Assembly (NCBI GenBank): GCA_022821365.1 | Contig: JAJEDS010000210.1 | Span: 1-41,731, forward strand | Direction: 5' to 3' | DNA from: Dehalococcoidia bacterium | GTDB taxonomy: Bacteria > Chloroflexota > Dehalococcoidia > Lucifugimonadales > UBA3495 | Length of the DNA stretch: 41,731 bases | The notes under the pieces: generated by a model | Told to the model about the DNA's origin: nothing | What the model saw: the letters and a program-made list of their open reading frames with translations, nothing else | The model's database searches: none | In this document: piece by piece, positions 16,845 to 25,615 of the stretch | Layout of the letters: the number at the start of each line of letters is the position of its first letter | Position numbering within the stretch: the first letter of the stretch is position 1 | Translations under genes and position numbers: made by a program

Positions 16845-17921
16845 TTACAGGTTCATCTGGGGGACCATGTAACCGCTGACCTTGTTGTATATCTGGAAGC
16901 GGCTGCGCTGGCTGTCCACCACCATCAGGCGGTTGTTGCCCGCATCGTACATCAGGCCGGTGGGCAGGGCGAACCGCCACTCAGACTCCATGTTCTGCAG
17001 GTTCACTTCCCGACGGCGCTTCAGGTAGTCGGCGTTGGCGTCCACCGTCAGCTTGGCCCAGGAAGACAGCTCCATGGCATCCCCGATGAGGGTGATGATG
17101 AAGTTGCCCTCAGCGTCGAAGATATGGACCCGGCCCGGATGCTGGCCGTTGTCGCTCCAGTCAGCTATGTAGACGTCGCCCTCGGGGTCCACCGCCACGG
17201 CGGTGGGCAGGTGAAGCTGTCCGCGACCGGCGCCGGGGCTGCCGATGCTGGCCAGCCATCGGCCGTCGGCGGTGAACTTCTGCACCCGGTGGTTGCGATG
17301 GTCGGCCACGTAGACGTTGCCAGCCTGGTCTATGGTGATGCCCCAAGGGGCGTTGAACTGGCCGTTGTCGGAGCCGCGGCCACCCCAGGAGGCGATGAAC
17401 TTACCGTCGCTGGCGAACTTGCGGACCTCGTGACTGCGGCCGTCGGTGACGTAGATGTTGTCGTCGGCGTCAATGGCGATGTTGGCGGTGCCGTGTTCGC
17501 CGCCATCGTCCGATTCCAGGGCGCTCCAGCGGTTCAGGAAGTTGCCCTCGGCATCATAGACGTTGACCTGGTTCAGCCATTCGTCGGACACGTAGACCCG
17601 GCCCTGGCTGTCCACGGCAACGCCGGAACCCCAGATGAACTCCCCGTTACCGTTGCCGTACTTGGAGAACTCGCCAAGGAACTCTTCCTGGCCCCACTCG
17701 GGGCCGATGGTGATCTGTGATACGCGGGCGCCGTAGCCGATGCGGTTCCAGGGTACGTTGCTGATACCCTCGCTGCCGCGGTTAACGACGTACACCACGC
17801 CATTGGGACCCTGGGCGGCGGCCACAGGCTGGCTGAAGCCCATGCCCGACTGGGCGCCCCGTCCCACGGAGTGGCTAAAGTCGTAAGTGCGCCCGGCTGC
17901 TACTTGCGTTAGCATTATCAT
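16845..17921 (-). CDS. NHL-repeat six-bladed beta-propeller protein
   Basis: Repeated G.F..P.G(I/V)A(V/I)D..G.(V/I)YV(A/S)D..N.R(V/I)..F units. Start set at ATG 17921 (GGAG upstream). Confidence 0.8.
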   Translation of the reverse strand: MIMLTQVAAGRTYDFSHSVGRGAQSGMGFSQPVAAAQGPNGVVYVVNRGSEGISNVPWNRIGYGARVSQITIGPEWGQEEFLGEFSKYGNGNGEFIWGSGVAVDSQGRVYVSDEWLNQVNVYDAEGNFLNRWSALESDDGGEHGTANIAIDADDNIYVTDGRSHEVRKFASDGKFIASWGGRGSDNGQFNAPWGITIDQAGNVYVADHRNHRVQKFTADGRWLASIGSPGAGRGQLHLPTAVAVDPEGDVYIADWSDNGQHPGRVHIFDAEGNFIITLIGDAMELSSWAKLTVDANADYLKRRREVNLQNMESEWRFALPTGLMYDAGNNRLMVVDSQRSRFQIYNKVSGYMVPQMNL

Positions 17922-17994
17922 TTCTCCAATAAGTTTTTGCGGTCGTCCTCTAAAGACAATTGTCAAGGCGATTTCGACAAAGACACTGATCCGG

Positions 17995-18393
17995 TCAAAC
18001 GGGCCTTGCGCGATTCGGAGGCTTCCGGACCAAACGCTCATCCACCGGGTCCACCATTAACCGAAAGATTTCCAACGTAGTGGCGCCCAGCAGGTACTGA
18101 CCATCCGGACCAAAAACAACTGGACAATGCCACTCTCGGCCGTCTATGTTGAAACTAGCCTCGCCCAATTCATACTCCACTTCACTGCCGTCGGCGAGGG
18201 TATAAGTCTCTTGCTCAAGAGGCTCCAGGCCCAAGCGTCTCAGCAGGGACGCGGGAAGCATGGAATTAAACGATCCGGTGTCGACCATGGCCAACACCCT
18301 GACCTTAGGGCCGTTGTCAAAGCTGCCTACGCCGATTTCCACGGAAAAGGTGCTCACCTCAGGGCGAACCACCTCCGTCTTTTCTGTGGACAT
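17995..18393 (-). CDS. retropepsin-like aspartic mini-protease, paralog 2
   Basis: VDTGS motif. SMLPASLLRRLGL, YTLADGSEVEY and LLGATTLEIFRLMVDP..RARP are closely similar to paralog 1. Confidence 0.7.
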   Translation of the reverse strand: MSTEKTEVVRPEVSTFSVEIGVGSFDNGPKVRVLAMVDTGSFNSMLPASLLRRLGLEPLEQETYTLADGSEVEYELGEASFNIDGREWHCPVVFGPDGQYLLGATTLEIFRLMVDPVDERLVRKPPNRARPV

Positions 18394-18496
18394 ACTGGTT
18401 TCTCCACATTACCACGTCCCTATGGCAAGTCATTCGGCCAAAATGCCCCGACATTGTTTCCTTCACAAAGAAGGGGACAAAATGCTGACCTTAGGC

Positions 18497-19624
18497 CTAG
18501 AAATAAGCCGGCTTCTCGAAGACGCCGCCTACCAGGGGCTGGGCGTCCATGCCCATCCAGTCTTCCACAATGGAGGTGTAGACGCTGCGGAAGTCGGTGT
18601 GGGGGACCAGGTCGCCCTGTTCCAGGTGCTCGGGGCGCAGGGACGGGTATTCGCCGTACTCGCCGCCCTTGATGGCGTCACCGGCCAGGAAGGCCACGCC
18701 ACCGGCGCCGTGGTCGGTGCCGGAACCGTTGTCGTGGACCCGGCGGCCGAACTCGGTGAACATCAGCATGATGACGTTGTCGGCGGCGTCATTCTCGCGC
18801 AGGTCGTCGAAGAAGCTCTCCACGGCCTGGGAGACGTCGACCCACAGCTTGTCGTGCATGCCGACCTGGTTGGAGTGGCTGTCGAAGCTGCCGTGGTCGC
18901 AGTAGAAGACGCGGGTGCCCAGGTTGGCCTGGTGCACCTGGGAGATGCCCTTCAGCTTGGAAGCAATGGTGGTGTCCGGGTACTCAACGGTGGAGGAGTA
19001 CATCTCGGGCGCTGCCTTCAGAATGTCGGCGGCCTTCATGGAGTCCAGGCCGGTCTGGCCCAGGTAGTCCATCACGGCGCCGGTGCCGATGGTGGGTGAG
19101 TAGAGGCGGGTGAATCGGTCAAGTATCTTGTCCCGCTGCTCGGCCTCGTTGATACCGGTAAGCAGACCGAAGGAGTCCAGGTCGTCCACGCAGGCCACCG
19201 GCACGCCGGGCAGGGCCAGGGCGCGGGGCAGGCTGGGGCCGAAGCTGACGGCGGTCACCACGTTTTCCTTGTTGGGGTCGATTTCCTTGGTGGCGCGGCC
19301 CAACCAGCCCTCGGTGCCCAGCTTGTCCGGCTCGCAGGTGTGCCAGATGTCCATGGAGCGGAAATGGGAGCGGGGGGAGTTGGCATAGCCGACGCCGTGG
19401 ATAATGGCCAGGTTGCCCTGGTCCCACAGGTTCTTCATGGGGCCCATGGTGGGGTGCAGGCCGACCTTGTCGTTGAGCTTCAAAATGCGCTCATCGGCCA
19501 CACCCACGGCCGGGCGGTTGTCCCGGTACAGGGGGTCGGTAAAAGGGATAACCGTGTTCAGGTAGTCATTGCCGCCGGTAAGCTGCAGGACCACCAGCAC
19601 GGGGTCTTTCTTGGTTGAGGCCAT
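18497..19624 (-). CDS. DUF1501 (sulfatase-like fold) family protein
   Basis: LQLTGGNDYLNT, SHFRSMDIWHT and DHG motifs typical of DUF1501. AGGAGG upstream. No Tat or Sec signal visible. Confidence 0.8.
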   Translation of the reverse strand: MASTKKDPVLVVLQLTGGNDYLNTVIPFTDPLYRDNRPAVGVADERILKLNDKVGLHPTMGPMKNLWDQGNLAIIHGVGYANSPRSHFRSMDIWHTCEPDKLGTEGWLGRATKEIDPNKENVVTAVSFGPSLPRALALPGVPVACVDDLDSFGLLTGINEAEQRDKILDRFTRLYSPTIGTGAVMDYLGQTGLDSMKAADILKAAPEMYSSTVEYPDTTIASKLKGISQVHQANLGTRVFYCDHGSFDSHSNQVGMHDKLWVDVSQAVESFFDDLRENDAADNVIMLMFTEFGRRVHDNGSGTDHGAGGVAFLAGDAIKGGEYGEYPSLRPEHLEQGDLVPHTDFRSVYTSIVEDWMGMDAQPLVGGVFEKPAYF

Positions 19625-19712
19625 TGCTGTTTCCTCCTGGAATGGTTTGTCCTTGAGTCAATCTATTCTTTTTTTGATTACACCCGGAATGGCAAGCCTT
19701 CGTTGACAGCGG

Positions 19713-20003
19713 CTAGATTCTCAAAGCTACGGCTACGAGAGCGGCGGTTATCGCTCCCATGCCCGTCAACATTGCTGCGGCCAAACCCCAAATGGCGATC
19801 TGGACATGCCTTAAGCCGACCCTGACGTCCTCCAGGCTCTTGGCCATCTCCTCGACTCGACCTTCCAATCTGGCAACCCGTTCCGATAGGTTAACTAACT
19901 GAGTTTCGACGCTTCCTAACCGGCCTTCCACTCCATCCAGCCGGTGTTCCACGCCACCCAGCCTTACCTCCACATTTGGGTCGTTGTCCGCAACCGCCGT
20001 CAT
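19713..20003 (-). CDS. small coiled-coil protein with C-terminal TM anchor (heptad array VExRLxG)
   Basis: 96 aa. VEVRLGG VEHRLDG VEGRLGS VETQLVN LSERVAR LEGRVEE, then the hydrophobic helix IAIWGLAAAMLTGMGAITAALVAVAL. AT-richer; weak RBS. Confidence 0.5.
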   Translation of the reverse strand: MTAVADNDPNVEVRLGGVEHRLDGVEGRLGSVETQLVNLSERVARLEGRVEEMAKSLEDVRVGLRHVQIAIWGLAAAMLTGMGAITAALVAVALRI

Positions 20004-20058
20004 TTACTTGCTTCAAAGGGTGATGCCGACAACGGGCTAACGTTGCCGGCCTGAAAAC

Positions 20059-21456
20059 CTACGCGTACTGGTAGTCCCGCAGGGAGACGATAAGCTGCAG
20101 CAGTTCGGAGACGCGCTCGGTGGCGGCCTCTTCGTTGCTCCAGGACAGGTTGCCACCGGGGACGGCGTGGTCCAGCAGTTCCTGGCGGGTATCGGCGCTG
20201 ACTTCCAGGGGACCCATCAGGTCCAGGCAGGTGTCAACGAACTGCTCCGGGCCGACGTCGCCCTGGCTGCGCAGGCGGCTGACGATGGACTGTACGCCGG
20301 GGCGGGAGGTGTCGCCCACCATGTCGGCGGTGAAGTTGATGCGGCGCATCAGGGAGCCGCTGTTAATCCACTCGGCGCCGGTGTGCCAGCCCTCCACGCT
20401 GGGCGGGTTGAGCAGGTCCTGGCCCATGTAGTTGGGCTGGCGGGAAAGGTCGCCAATGCCGGGGGCGGGGAACTCGGCGCCGCCCACCAGCTTCAGGGTG
20501 CCCACCACCACCTCGGCGGGGCTCTTGAGCTTGGCGAAGCGGGCATTCTTGAAGAAGTCGGAGTTGAACAGCACCCGCAGGGTGGCCGTCATATCGTAGC
20601 CGGACTCGATGAAGGCATCGGCCAGGGCGTCGATGGCGTCCTCGTCCACGGGGGGAGTTACCTGCCAGGCGGGGACCTGGGCCTCGTCGGCCACGAAGAA
20701 GTTGTACAGGTGGCGGGCGATGAAACCGGCGGTGGCGGGATGCTGGCAAACGATGTCGATGATGTCCTCACCGTTGAAGTTGCCGGTCTCGCCCAGGAAG
20801 GTCTTCTCGCCCTCGTCGTGGTCCTCGGGGCGGTACTCGAAATGCCAGTCGTGGCGGCCCAGGGGACCGCGGGGCAGCTTGGCCTCGAAGGTCCAGCCGG
20901 TGAAGGCGCGGGAGCACTCGCGGACGTCCACTTCGGTGTAGTTGCCGACGCCCATGCTGAAGAGTTCCAGAAGCTCGCGGCCCCAGTTCTCATTGACCGC
21001 ATCGGCGTGGTTTTCGTTGTTGTCCAGCCAGTAGATCATGGCCGGATTCCTGGCAATCTCCACCAGGAGGTCCTTGTAGTTGCCCATGCCCTTTTCGCGG
21101 AACATGGTGATCATGTTCTGGATCTCGTCGTAGTGGTCGACCTTGGAGACGCCGGTGGCGAAGATGTGGTGCCAGAAGAGGGTCATCTTCTCTTCCAGGG
21201 GCCGGCGGGTGTTAAGCATCCACCACAGCCACTCGGCGGCGCCCATGCCGGGCAGGGTGCCGGGACGCCAGGTCCAGGGCTGGTAGCGCATCATTTCGAA
21301 GCGGTCCAGGGACTCTTCCGTGGGGTTGAGCAGTTCTTCCACCACGTTCTCGTAGCCCTTCTCGCACAGGGCTTCCAGCTCTTCGCGGGTGGCGCCAAAA
21401 CCGGCGCGGCGCATAAGGTGAGCCATCAGGGCTATATCCTGGTTCGCCATAGCCAA
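20059..21456 (-). CDS. DUF1800 family protein
   Basis: N-terminal HLMRRAGFGAT.EEL and overall pattern of DUF1800, the usual partner of DUF1501. GAGGAGG upstream. Confidence 0.8.
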   Translation of the reverse strand: MAMANQDIALMAHLMRRAGFGATREELEALCEKGYENVVEELLNPTEESLDRFEMMRYQPWTWRPGTLPGMGAAEWLWWMLNTRRPLEEKMTLFWHHIFATGVSKVDHYDEIQNMITMFREKGMGNYKDLLVEIARNPAMIYWLDNNENHADAVNENWGRELLELFSMGVGNYTEVDVRECSRAFTGWTFEAKLPRGPLGRHDWHFEYRPEDHDEGEKTFLGETGNFNGEDIIDIVCQHPATAGFIARHLYNFFVADEAQVPAWQVTPPVDEDAIDALADAFIESGYDMTATLRVLFNSDFFKNARFAKLKSPAEVVVGTLKLVGGAEFPAPGIGDLSRQPNYMGQDLLNPPSVEGWHTGAEWINSGSLMRRINFTADMVGDTSRPGVQSIVSRLRSQGDVGPEQFVDTCLDLMGPLEVSADTRQELLDHAVPGGNLSWSNEEAATERVSELLQLIVSLRDYQYA

Positions 21457-21477
21457 TCCTCCTCGTTGGTTTCTTCA

Positions 21478-21505
21478 ATAATCATTGTAGTCTGCGAATG
21501 ATTAT
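21478..21505. promoter_or_regulatory. operator-like inverted repeat ATAATCATT-N10-AATGATTAT overlapping a minus-strand TATAAT box
   Basis: Perfect 9-bp arms. The minus strand reads TATAAT at 21506-21501, about 45 nt upstream of the DUF1800 ATG. Confidence 0.35.
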
Positions 21506-21691
21506 AGTTGGGGGGCATTATCGGGGATGGGGTGGGTGGTGTCAATTGAGGATGCGGGACGTAGCTGTTCAGATTCCTGGAGCCGATTCTGGGCCAGACT
21601 TTCAATCGGGCCCGATATTCGGAGTAGGGAGAGACGTTCTTTCGTCGGAATGACCTACATAGATTTGCTTGGTGATTTCAACTCTGTACGG

Positions 21692-22141
21692 TTACCAGGG
21701 AGTTCCTAACGCTTCCTGGAGAACGATGACATTGAGCCCTTCCACCCTGCGGAATGCTCTGTCGTTCGTAATCATTGCGGTACAACGTTCCTGCAATGCT
21801 GTTGTGGCGTGGACCGCGTCGGGGGTCCGCAGATTTGTGAGTGCCCGCAGTGTCGCCGCTTCCTCCCATACCTGGCGTGTAGTGGGTATTAATTTGATAT
21901 CTGCCGATTCAAAAAGCTCATTGTAGATGCCAACCAATGACTGGTCTTTATCTTTAATCGGCTTTACGAGCACCTCAGCAATGGTTAGTTCGCTGGTGAC
22001 CAGATCAAAGTCTCCGATTCCTGCCTGGTCCCACATCGGTTCCAGCATGGTCCGATAGGGTTCCAGTCCCTCCACACTATAGATGAAAACGCAGGCATCC
22101 AGGTAGACAGGTCCGGTACCTGGCACACTTAGCTGTGCCAA
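21692..22141 (-). CDS. vapC: PIN-domain ribonuclease toxin (VapC-like)
   Basis: YLDACVFIY (Asp), SELTIAEV (Glu), DAVHATTA (Asp) and ITND, the PIN acidic residues in order. Overlaps the upstream small gene by 13 nt. Confidence 0.75.
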   Translation of the reverse strand: MAQLSVPGTGPVYLDACVFIYSVEGLEPYRTMLEPMWDQAGIGDFDLVTSELTIAEVLVKPIKDKDQSLVGIYNELFESADIKLIPTTRQVWEEAATLRALTNLRTPDAVHATTALQERCTAMITNDRAFRRVEGLNVIVLQEALGTPW

Positions 22142-22368
22142 GAGTCCCGCTCCTCACGAATATAGTCATCCACTTCTTCCGCTGTCTGGAAAGACTGCCG
22201 GCCGGCAGCATCCGCTAATATTTGCGTTGCTGAACGCCTTGTTGACGACGCGGCCGGTTGGACTACAACGTGGACTTCGTCTCCCTCAGATAATTCGGGG
22301 TCCTCCACTACTATCCGCCCTCCCGGCAATACCGTCGTTGTTACGTGGAGCGTTCTGTTCATTTTCAT
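22129..22368 (-). CDS. putative antitoxin of the PIN toxin
   Basis: 79 aa from ATG 22368. Small beta-rich N-terminus (RIVVEDPELSEGDEVHVVVQP, AbrB/SpoVT-like by eye). TATAAT upstream. Genetic position of a VapB. Confidence 0.55.
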   Translation of the reverse strand: MKMNRTLHVTTTVLPGGRIVVEDPELSEGDEVHVVVQPAASSTRRSATQILADAAGRQSFQTAEEVDDYIREERDSWHS

Positions 22369-22602
22369 TGACTCGCTTTTTGTCCAATTATATACCAGGG
22401 TGGATAAAAGCCGCCTGCGCTTTGCTTTTCGAGGGAATTGCGGGAAGGGCCGTGTGAGCATGGCTTGGGCTTGGAACTCCGGTTGCAGGCAAGGATTTTA
22501 GATCCTTCGGCTTCGCTCAGGATGGCATGGCTTGATGGGGCTGTGACTTGGTCGTGTGGTCCGACCTATGCGAGAGAGGGACGGAGGGGGCTATAGGGTC
22601 AA

Positions 22603-22962
22603 TCAAAAGGGCCTGGCTATATGCTCCGCCGGCACCAGTTCCTTGCGGTTGGGGTCAACTGCCAGGTTGAATAGTTCCAGCGTCGTGGCACCCAGAAGGT
22701 ACTGTTCTTCGGGACCAAACACTACGGGACAGACCCATTCCCGACCCTGGTAAACAATGCGGCCTTTTCCCACTTCCCACACCAGGTCGCGGTCATCAGC
22801 AACCGATACCCGCTGCCGCTCGTAGGGTTCAATGTGCAGGTTTTCCAGTAAAGAAATCGGCAGGATAGTATGGGTGGCCCCGGTATCAACCATGGTTAGC
22901 ACCCTTTCCACATCGCCTCCGTCGGGATGGCCGATTCCGATATAAACGTGGAAGATTCCCAA
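22603..22962 (-). CDS. retropepsin-like aspartic mini-protease, paralog 3
   Basis: VDTGATH motif and CPVVFGPEEQYLLGATTLELFNLAVDP...ARPF. TTG start 8 nt after GGAGG. Confidence 0.7.
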   Translation of the reverse strand: MGIFHVYIGIGHPDGGDVERVLTMVDTGATHTILPISLLENLHIEPYERQRVSVADDRDLVWEVGKGRIVYQGREWVCPVVFGPEEQYLLGATTLELFNLAVDPNRKELVPAEHIARPF

Positions 22963-23126
22963 ATGTTCCTCCGTTTCGTTTCAAGTTCCGGTTACGGAAG
23001 CTTACTCCCTTCCTCACTCAGTAATCAACCATACGTGCAACTTAAGCGCTCCAGCTGCCAACGTAGTTATCCTCATGCCTGTACCGCAAAACGGCCCCTG
23101 CCAGGTCCTTGGCTTGCCACTATCGT

Positions 23127-23987
23127 CTAAACCGCCAACCCCCGCATCCTAAACCCCGGCCTATCCCCCTCCGGCAAACTCCCCAAATCCACCAGGCCCC
23201 CGCCCGTTTCCACCAGCACCGATGTTATGCCTACGTTGTTGGCGCCGCGGATGTCGGTGCTGGGGGTGTCGCCGATCATTGCCATGTTGCGGGTGTGGGG
23301 GTGGGTGCGGCGGAAGGCTTCTTCGAACATGGCGGGGTGGGGTTTGCCCAGGCGGGCGAAGGTGAGGTCGAGGCGGTCGGGGTAGCGCAGGGCCAGGGCG
23401 GCCTCGAACATACCGGCCACCGTGCCGCTGGCGAAGCCGAACCCGTCCCTTTCGGGGTAGTAGAGGTCGGGGTTGGGGACCACCAGTCGGGGCGTTTCGC
23501 CCCGGTCCAGCTTGCGGAACAGGGTGGTCAGGACAGTGCGGGTGGTATCCAGGAAGGGGAAGCCGTCCTGGTCGCCGACCACCAGCACGTCGAAGTCTTC
23601 CTCGAAGGGGACCACCTGGCCACCGGCGTCCCGAGCGTATATGACGCTGTCTTCCGTCCCCAGTACCACGCACCTGTAAGCCTCCAGCCCCTGTTCCTGG
23701 AACCAGGTCTTCAACAGCATGCCGGAGCTGATAATCTTGTCCGGTTCAATGGCCAGGCCCAGCTGGGCGTAGCGGGCGGCGCGGGTCTCGGCCACCTGGG
23801 AGGCGTCGTTGGTGAGGACAAAGTAGGGCTTGTGCAGCTCGTTGAGCCTGGCAATGGCTTCGGGCGCGTGGGGAATGGCCGAGGGCCAGCTGACGAGGAC
23901 GCCGTCGGAGTCGAAGAGGATGACATCGAACCGTTCTACCAGTTCGGCGAGGGTGATGTAGGGGATATTGTTCAAAGCGCCTTCCAT
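23127..23987 (-). CDS. HAD-superfamily hydrolase, subfamily IIA (NagD-like)
   Basis: ILFDSDGVLV (motif I), VLTND (motif II) and IGDTPSTDIRGA (motif IV). Confidence 0.8.
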   Translation of the reverse strand: MEGALNNIPYITLAELVERFDVILFDSDGVLVSWPSAIPHAPEAIARLNELHKPYFVLTNDASQVAETRAARYAQLGLAIEPDKIISSGMLLKTWFQEQGLEAYRCVVLGTEDSVIYARDAGGQVVPFEEDFDVLVVGDQDGFPFLDTTRTVLTTLFRKLDRGETPRLVVPNPDLYYPERDGFGFASGTVAGMFEAALALRYPDRLDLTFARLGKPHPAMFEEAFRRTHPHTRNMAMIGDTPSTDIRGANNVGITSVLVETGGGLVDLGSLPEGDRPGFRMRGLAV

Positions 23988-24181
23988 CGGGATTGCAGGG
24001 TCTGGGCATTGGGCCTGAAGGACTGACCTTAGTTGGCAATGGCGGCGCAGTCAACCCGGGCTCCTGGAAATACTTGCTTCCGCCCCCAACGTCTCGATCT
24101 TGCACTTCCCATTGAGATTAGCAAGCTTCACGAATAAATTATAAATTTGTGTGGCGCCCGCAATATTAACCTTGTATTATC

Positions 24182-24209
24182 AAAAAAGCGCCAGGCATAA
24201 CTCTGGCGC
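24182..24209 (-). terminator. orphan minus-strand intrinsic terminator
   Basis: Stem GCGCCAG/CTGGCGC with an 8-nt loop, preceded on the plus strand by AAAAAA (a U-run on the minus strand). No credible minus-strand gene lies upstream of it. Confidence 0.4.
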
Positions 24210-24293
24210 CGACGCCGCAACCATTACAGGCCAGGATCTGCCCTTGTCCGGCAGTGTTTTGGAGCAATGCGACAGATGAAAGGGGTTGAAGGG

Positions 24294-24428
24294 ATGTTGA
24301 CGCTGCAACTGCTGTTTCCGCTGGCCATGCTAATGTTCTTCTGGCTGGCGGGGCAACTGGAGAGACTGCCGAATGGCCCCGGCGACAAGGGTCCCCGCGG
24401 CTTCCTCCCGTTGTGGCATGGGAGATGA
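24294..24428 (+). CDS. possible 44-aa hydrophobic peptide
   Basis: ATG after GAAGGG. MLTLQLLFPLAMLMFFWLAG... Below the ORF-track cutoff, found by reading the sequence. Confidence 0.2.
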   Translation: MLTLQLLFPLAMLMFFWLAGQLERLPNGPGDKGPRGFLPLWHGR

Positions 24429-24523
24429 AGACCTGGTGAGGCGTCCGGTCGTAACAGTGGAGGTGTGATGTGGAAGGGCCGTCGGGATCCACGCGAATAG
24501 TATTGGGAAACAAGGAGGAAGCC

Positions 24524-24652
24524 ATGCCCCCGAGTTCTGTCTATATTGGACGTACCACCGAGAAGAGGTACCGGGGAACCGGCATTGTCTGGTACTGCAT
24601 ACTGGCGGTCGTCCTGGTCCTGGCTGCGGGAATTATCATTGTCACCATGTAG
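24524..24652 (+). CDS. possible 42-aa single-TM peptide
   Basis: ATG 6 nt after AAGGAGGA. C-terminal helix IVWYCILAVVLVLAAGIIIV. Confidence 0.35.
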   Translation: MPPSSVYIGRTTEKRYRGTGIVWYCILAVVLVLAAGIIIVTM

Positions 24653-24754
24653 AAACCTACGGCGAGACCCCGCTGCGCTTGCGGCCTGGAGCGCCGCAGC
24701 CCCTCACCACATTCCCTCACTTACCATTTTCACCCGAACACGATTACCACGACA

Positions 24755-24855
24755 GGGGTAGACCCGCGGGTCTGCCCCTGCTGGCCATGTACTGGCTTCC
24801 AGTCTGCGACCATGCCTTTGCCGGAAGAGCAAGGGCGGGTTTGAAACCCGCCCCT
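24755..24855. repeat. two GC-rich REP-like hairpins
   Basis: GGGGTAGACCCGCGGGTCTGCCCC (24755-24778) and AGGGCGGGTTTGAAACCCGCCCCT (24832-24855). Partial relatives at 9203-9230 and 16776-16800. Confidence 0.7.
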
Positions 24856-24906
24856 GCAAGTCACCAGCCTTCTGAAGACCAGCGCCAACATCCCTTGGAC
24901 CCAAAG

Positions 24907-24934
24907 TTGACACGCCACCTGCCGGGGCTATAAT
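24907..24934 (+). promoter_or_regulatory. near-consensus sigma70 promoter of ComDE-like operon 2
   Basis: TTGACA (24907-24912), 16-nt spacer, TATAAT (24929-24934). 50 nt upstream of ATG 24984. Confidence 0.6.
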
Positions 24935-24983
24935 CAAGCCAACCCAAAGCTGACGGGCATGGCCCGCAAAGGCAGGTAAACGA

Positions 24984-25502
24984 ATGACGCAGCACGCGGA
25001 AGGCGAACTCAGCCCTGAAGTGGTCATGGCTGAAATGAAGAAGAACGGGGTAACCCACGTGGTGTGGCTGCCCGACAGCGAGACCAATTTCCTGTATCTG
25101 CTGATGGAGGCGGACCCAGACCTGGACCTGATTCCCGTCAGCCGCGAGGGGCAGGCCTTCTCCACCGCCGCCGGCCTGACCGTGGGCGGCAAGAAGCCGG
25201 TTATCCTCATCCAGAACACCGGCATGATGGAGTCGGGCGACTCCCTGCGGGGCTGGGGCCTGAGCCTGAACATTCCGGTGGTGATGATGGTGGGCTACCG
25301 GGGCTGGACGCGCCACGGCGTGAACACCGATACCGCCGCCACCTACACCGAGCGGTTCCTTAACGCCTTCGGCATCCAGTACTACCTGGTGGAGAATGGC
25401 GAGGACGCCCCCCGCATTTCCGTGGCCTTCGAGGAGGCCTCCCGCACCCGCCGTCCGGTGGCGGTGCTGGTGGGAGATGAGTACCACGGGTTTAACCGGT
25501 AG
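24984..25502 (+). CDS. split TPP-dependent decarboxylase alpha subunit, ComD-like, paralog 2
   Basis: 172 aa. PVSREGQAFSTAAGLTVGG (catalytic-Glu context). Same architecture as 2232..2738 but highly diverged. Confidence 0.65.
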   Translation: MTQHAEGELSPEVVMAEMKKNGVTHVVWLPDSETNFLYLLMEADPDLDLIPVSREGQAFSTAAGLTVGGKKPVILIQNTGMMESGDSLRGWGLSLNIPVVMMVGYRGWTRHGVNTDTAATYTERFLNAFGIQYYLVENGEDAPRISVAFEEASRTRRPVAVLVGDEYHGFNR

Positions 25503-25520
25503 ATTCAAACTCTGTAAATT

Positions 25521-25615
25521 CAAACATGGATATACAGGACGTACAGGATTTTTTGTATGTACCTGTACATTACTTGAAGAACAACGCGCTGTCCTGTGTA
25601 TCCTGTCCATCAATG
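25521..25615. repeat. ACAGGAT-heptad inverted-repeat element (family B), intercistronic
   Basis: Left arm AACATGGATATACAGGACGTACAGGAT, right arm GTCCTGTGTATCCTGTCCATCAATGT. The reverse complement of the right arm closely matches the left arm of the 2064-2140 element. Inner palindrome ATGTACCTGTACAT. Confidence 0.8.
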
